From NCBI GenBank assembly GCA_037834085.1, contig JBBMKC010222788.1, forward strand, positions 1 through 33,901: a DNA stretch of 33,901 nucleotides, read 5' to 3'. Within the stretch, counting starts at the first letter, position 1. Each line of letters begins with the position of its first letter. This stretch comes from Bipalium vagum (lineage: Eukaryota). The notes under the pieces are model-generated. The model saw only the letters and a list, made by a program, of their open reading frames with translations, made no database searches and was not told the DNA's origin. Below, piece after piece: positions 32,760-33,901 of the stretch. A program made the translations under genes and the position numbers.

Positions 32760-33830
32760 AAAACATATGATGGGTGATTTCGAAAAGTTAATCAACTATC
32801 TTAGATGAGCCGATAGTGTGGAAAATTGTCTGTGAAATGTCCATAAGATGATGGAAGATGTCTTGTCACATGAAATGAAAAAGGAAAGCCTTTTGAAAAA
32901 CCCCTAATTAGATGCATAAACGATCCAAAAATTGAGAATGAGATCGAACGGAGAAAGTTAGGAATTACTGAAGAAATAGAAGATCTAATTAAATTAATGG
33001 ATGTAATCCGACAGAAACAGTTTGATCAGGTCAATACTATCAGGACCTACAGAAACAAAGCGCGGAACGGTAGATATCAAAACGTACGGAGCCAGGAAGC
33101 AGGATATAAGATTCAATCTGTTGCAAGAATGTCTCAACAAGAAGACAAATAGAATGATGGACGTGTAAAAAAGTTGGACATATAGGCCAAGACTGTCCAG
33201 GGAAGAGAATTCCTACATGTTTTAAATGTGGAAAAGCAGGACATACGGCGGAATTGTACAGTTTACAAATGTCAAAGGTGTGGAAGAAATGGTCACCAAG
33301 CTTCGGAGTGCTACACAAATCTAAATAGAGGTCAGAGAAGAAACAGGAATTTTTACGAACGTAATCAGGAGATGAATGAAAGTAAAAGAATTAATGTGGT
33401 TAGTGCAAATATTGATGCGATATCGGAAGGAGATTGCATGAGAGAAGAATGTGAGAATGCATCAGTGTACCCAAAAGACAAAGCTCCACTAGTAGGGGAG
33501 CTAGTGGGAGCCATATACTAGGAATCGAAAATGATTATTCTCAAAAGATTGAGGCAAGGAGTGACGCAAACGACAGAGAAAGTGTACAGATTTTTAAAGT
33601 AGCAGTTTGAGATTGAAGATTGTAAGCAAGTTAATGCGATTGCAGAAAGTGAAGAGACAATTATTTCGTATGACAGAATGCATGGACGTCCAAGTGTGAG
33701 AATAAGTGCAGGATTTGGAATTGGATATTCAAATGGATACGGGAGCAGGAATTAATGTAATGGGTATGAAAATTGCCCATAAACTGAAAGATGTTAAGAT
33801 TCCAGAGGGAGAAATGTGGAGACTCCCAAA
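32760..33830 (+). mobile_element. Degenerate Ty3/gypsy LTR retrotransposon: gag with three zinc knuckles and a protease, pol apparently deleted
   Basis: *WTCKKVGHIGQDC, CFKCGKAGH(frameshift)RRNC and CQRCGRNGHQASEC (33155-33311). Protease QMDTGAGINVM at ~33730. Then a purine tract agagggagaaa directly followed by TGTGG at 33815 (PPT / 3' LTR start-like). Confidence 0.85.
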
Positions 33831-33901
33831 ACAAAACAAAAAAACATTGTGATCCTAATGATTTTATCCCAAAAAACAGTTTTATTTATGTTAATAAAAA
33901 T

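Overview
This is very AT-rich eukaryotic (almost certainly invertebrate animal) genomic DNA with two convergent, spliced protein-coding genes in a background of transposon relics. (1) On +, the 3' part of a myosin-phosphatase targeting subunit gene (PPP1R12/MYPT/Mbs type; 11 phase-compatible exons, 3412..18944). Its long introns hold three mariner relics, a DD41D (rosa-type) Tc1/mariner element, a Merlin element and a foldback-like MITE. (2) On -, a complete 12-exon gene (30452..21105, about 2846 aa) with a GTF3C2/TFIIIC110/Tfc6-like WD40 region followed, in a single 6966-nt exon, by an unusual ~2270-aa acidic-then-basic low-complexity tail with degenerate ~17-19-aa repeats. The right end has two divergent Ty3/gypsy gag-protease relics. 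Between them sits a 245-bp unit that reassembles into a TG...CA (LTR-like) element carrying a tRNA-Ala-like Pol III cassette, present in circularly permuted form (split inside the B-box). All calls are by eye from motifs and splice phases; no database searches were run.
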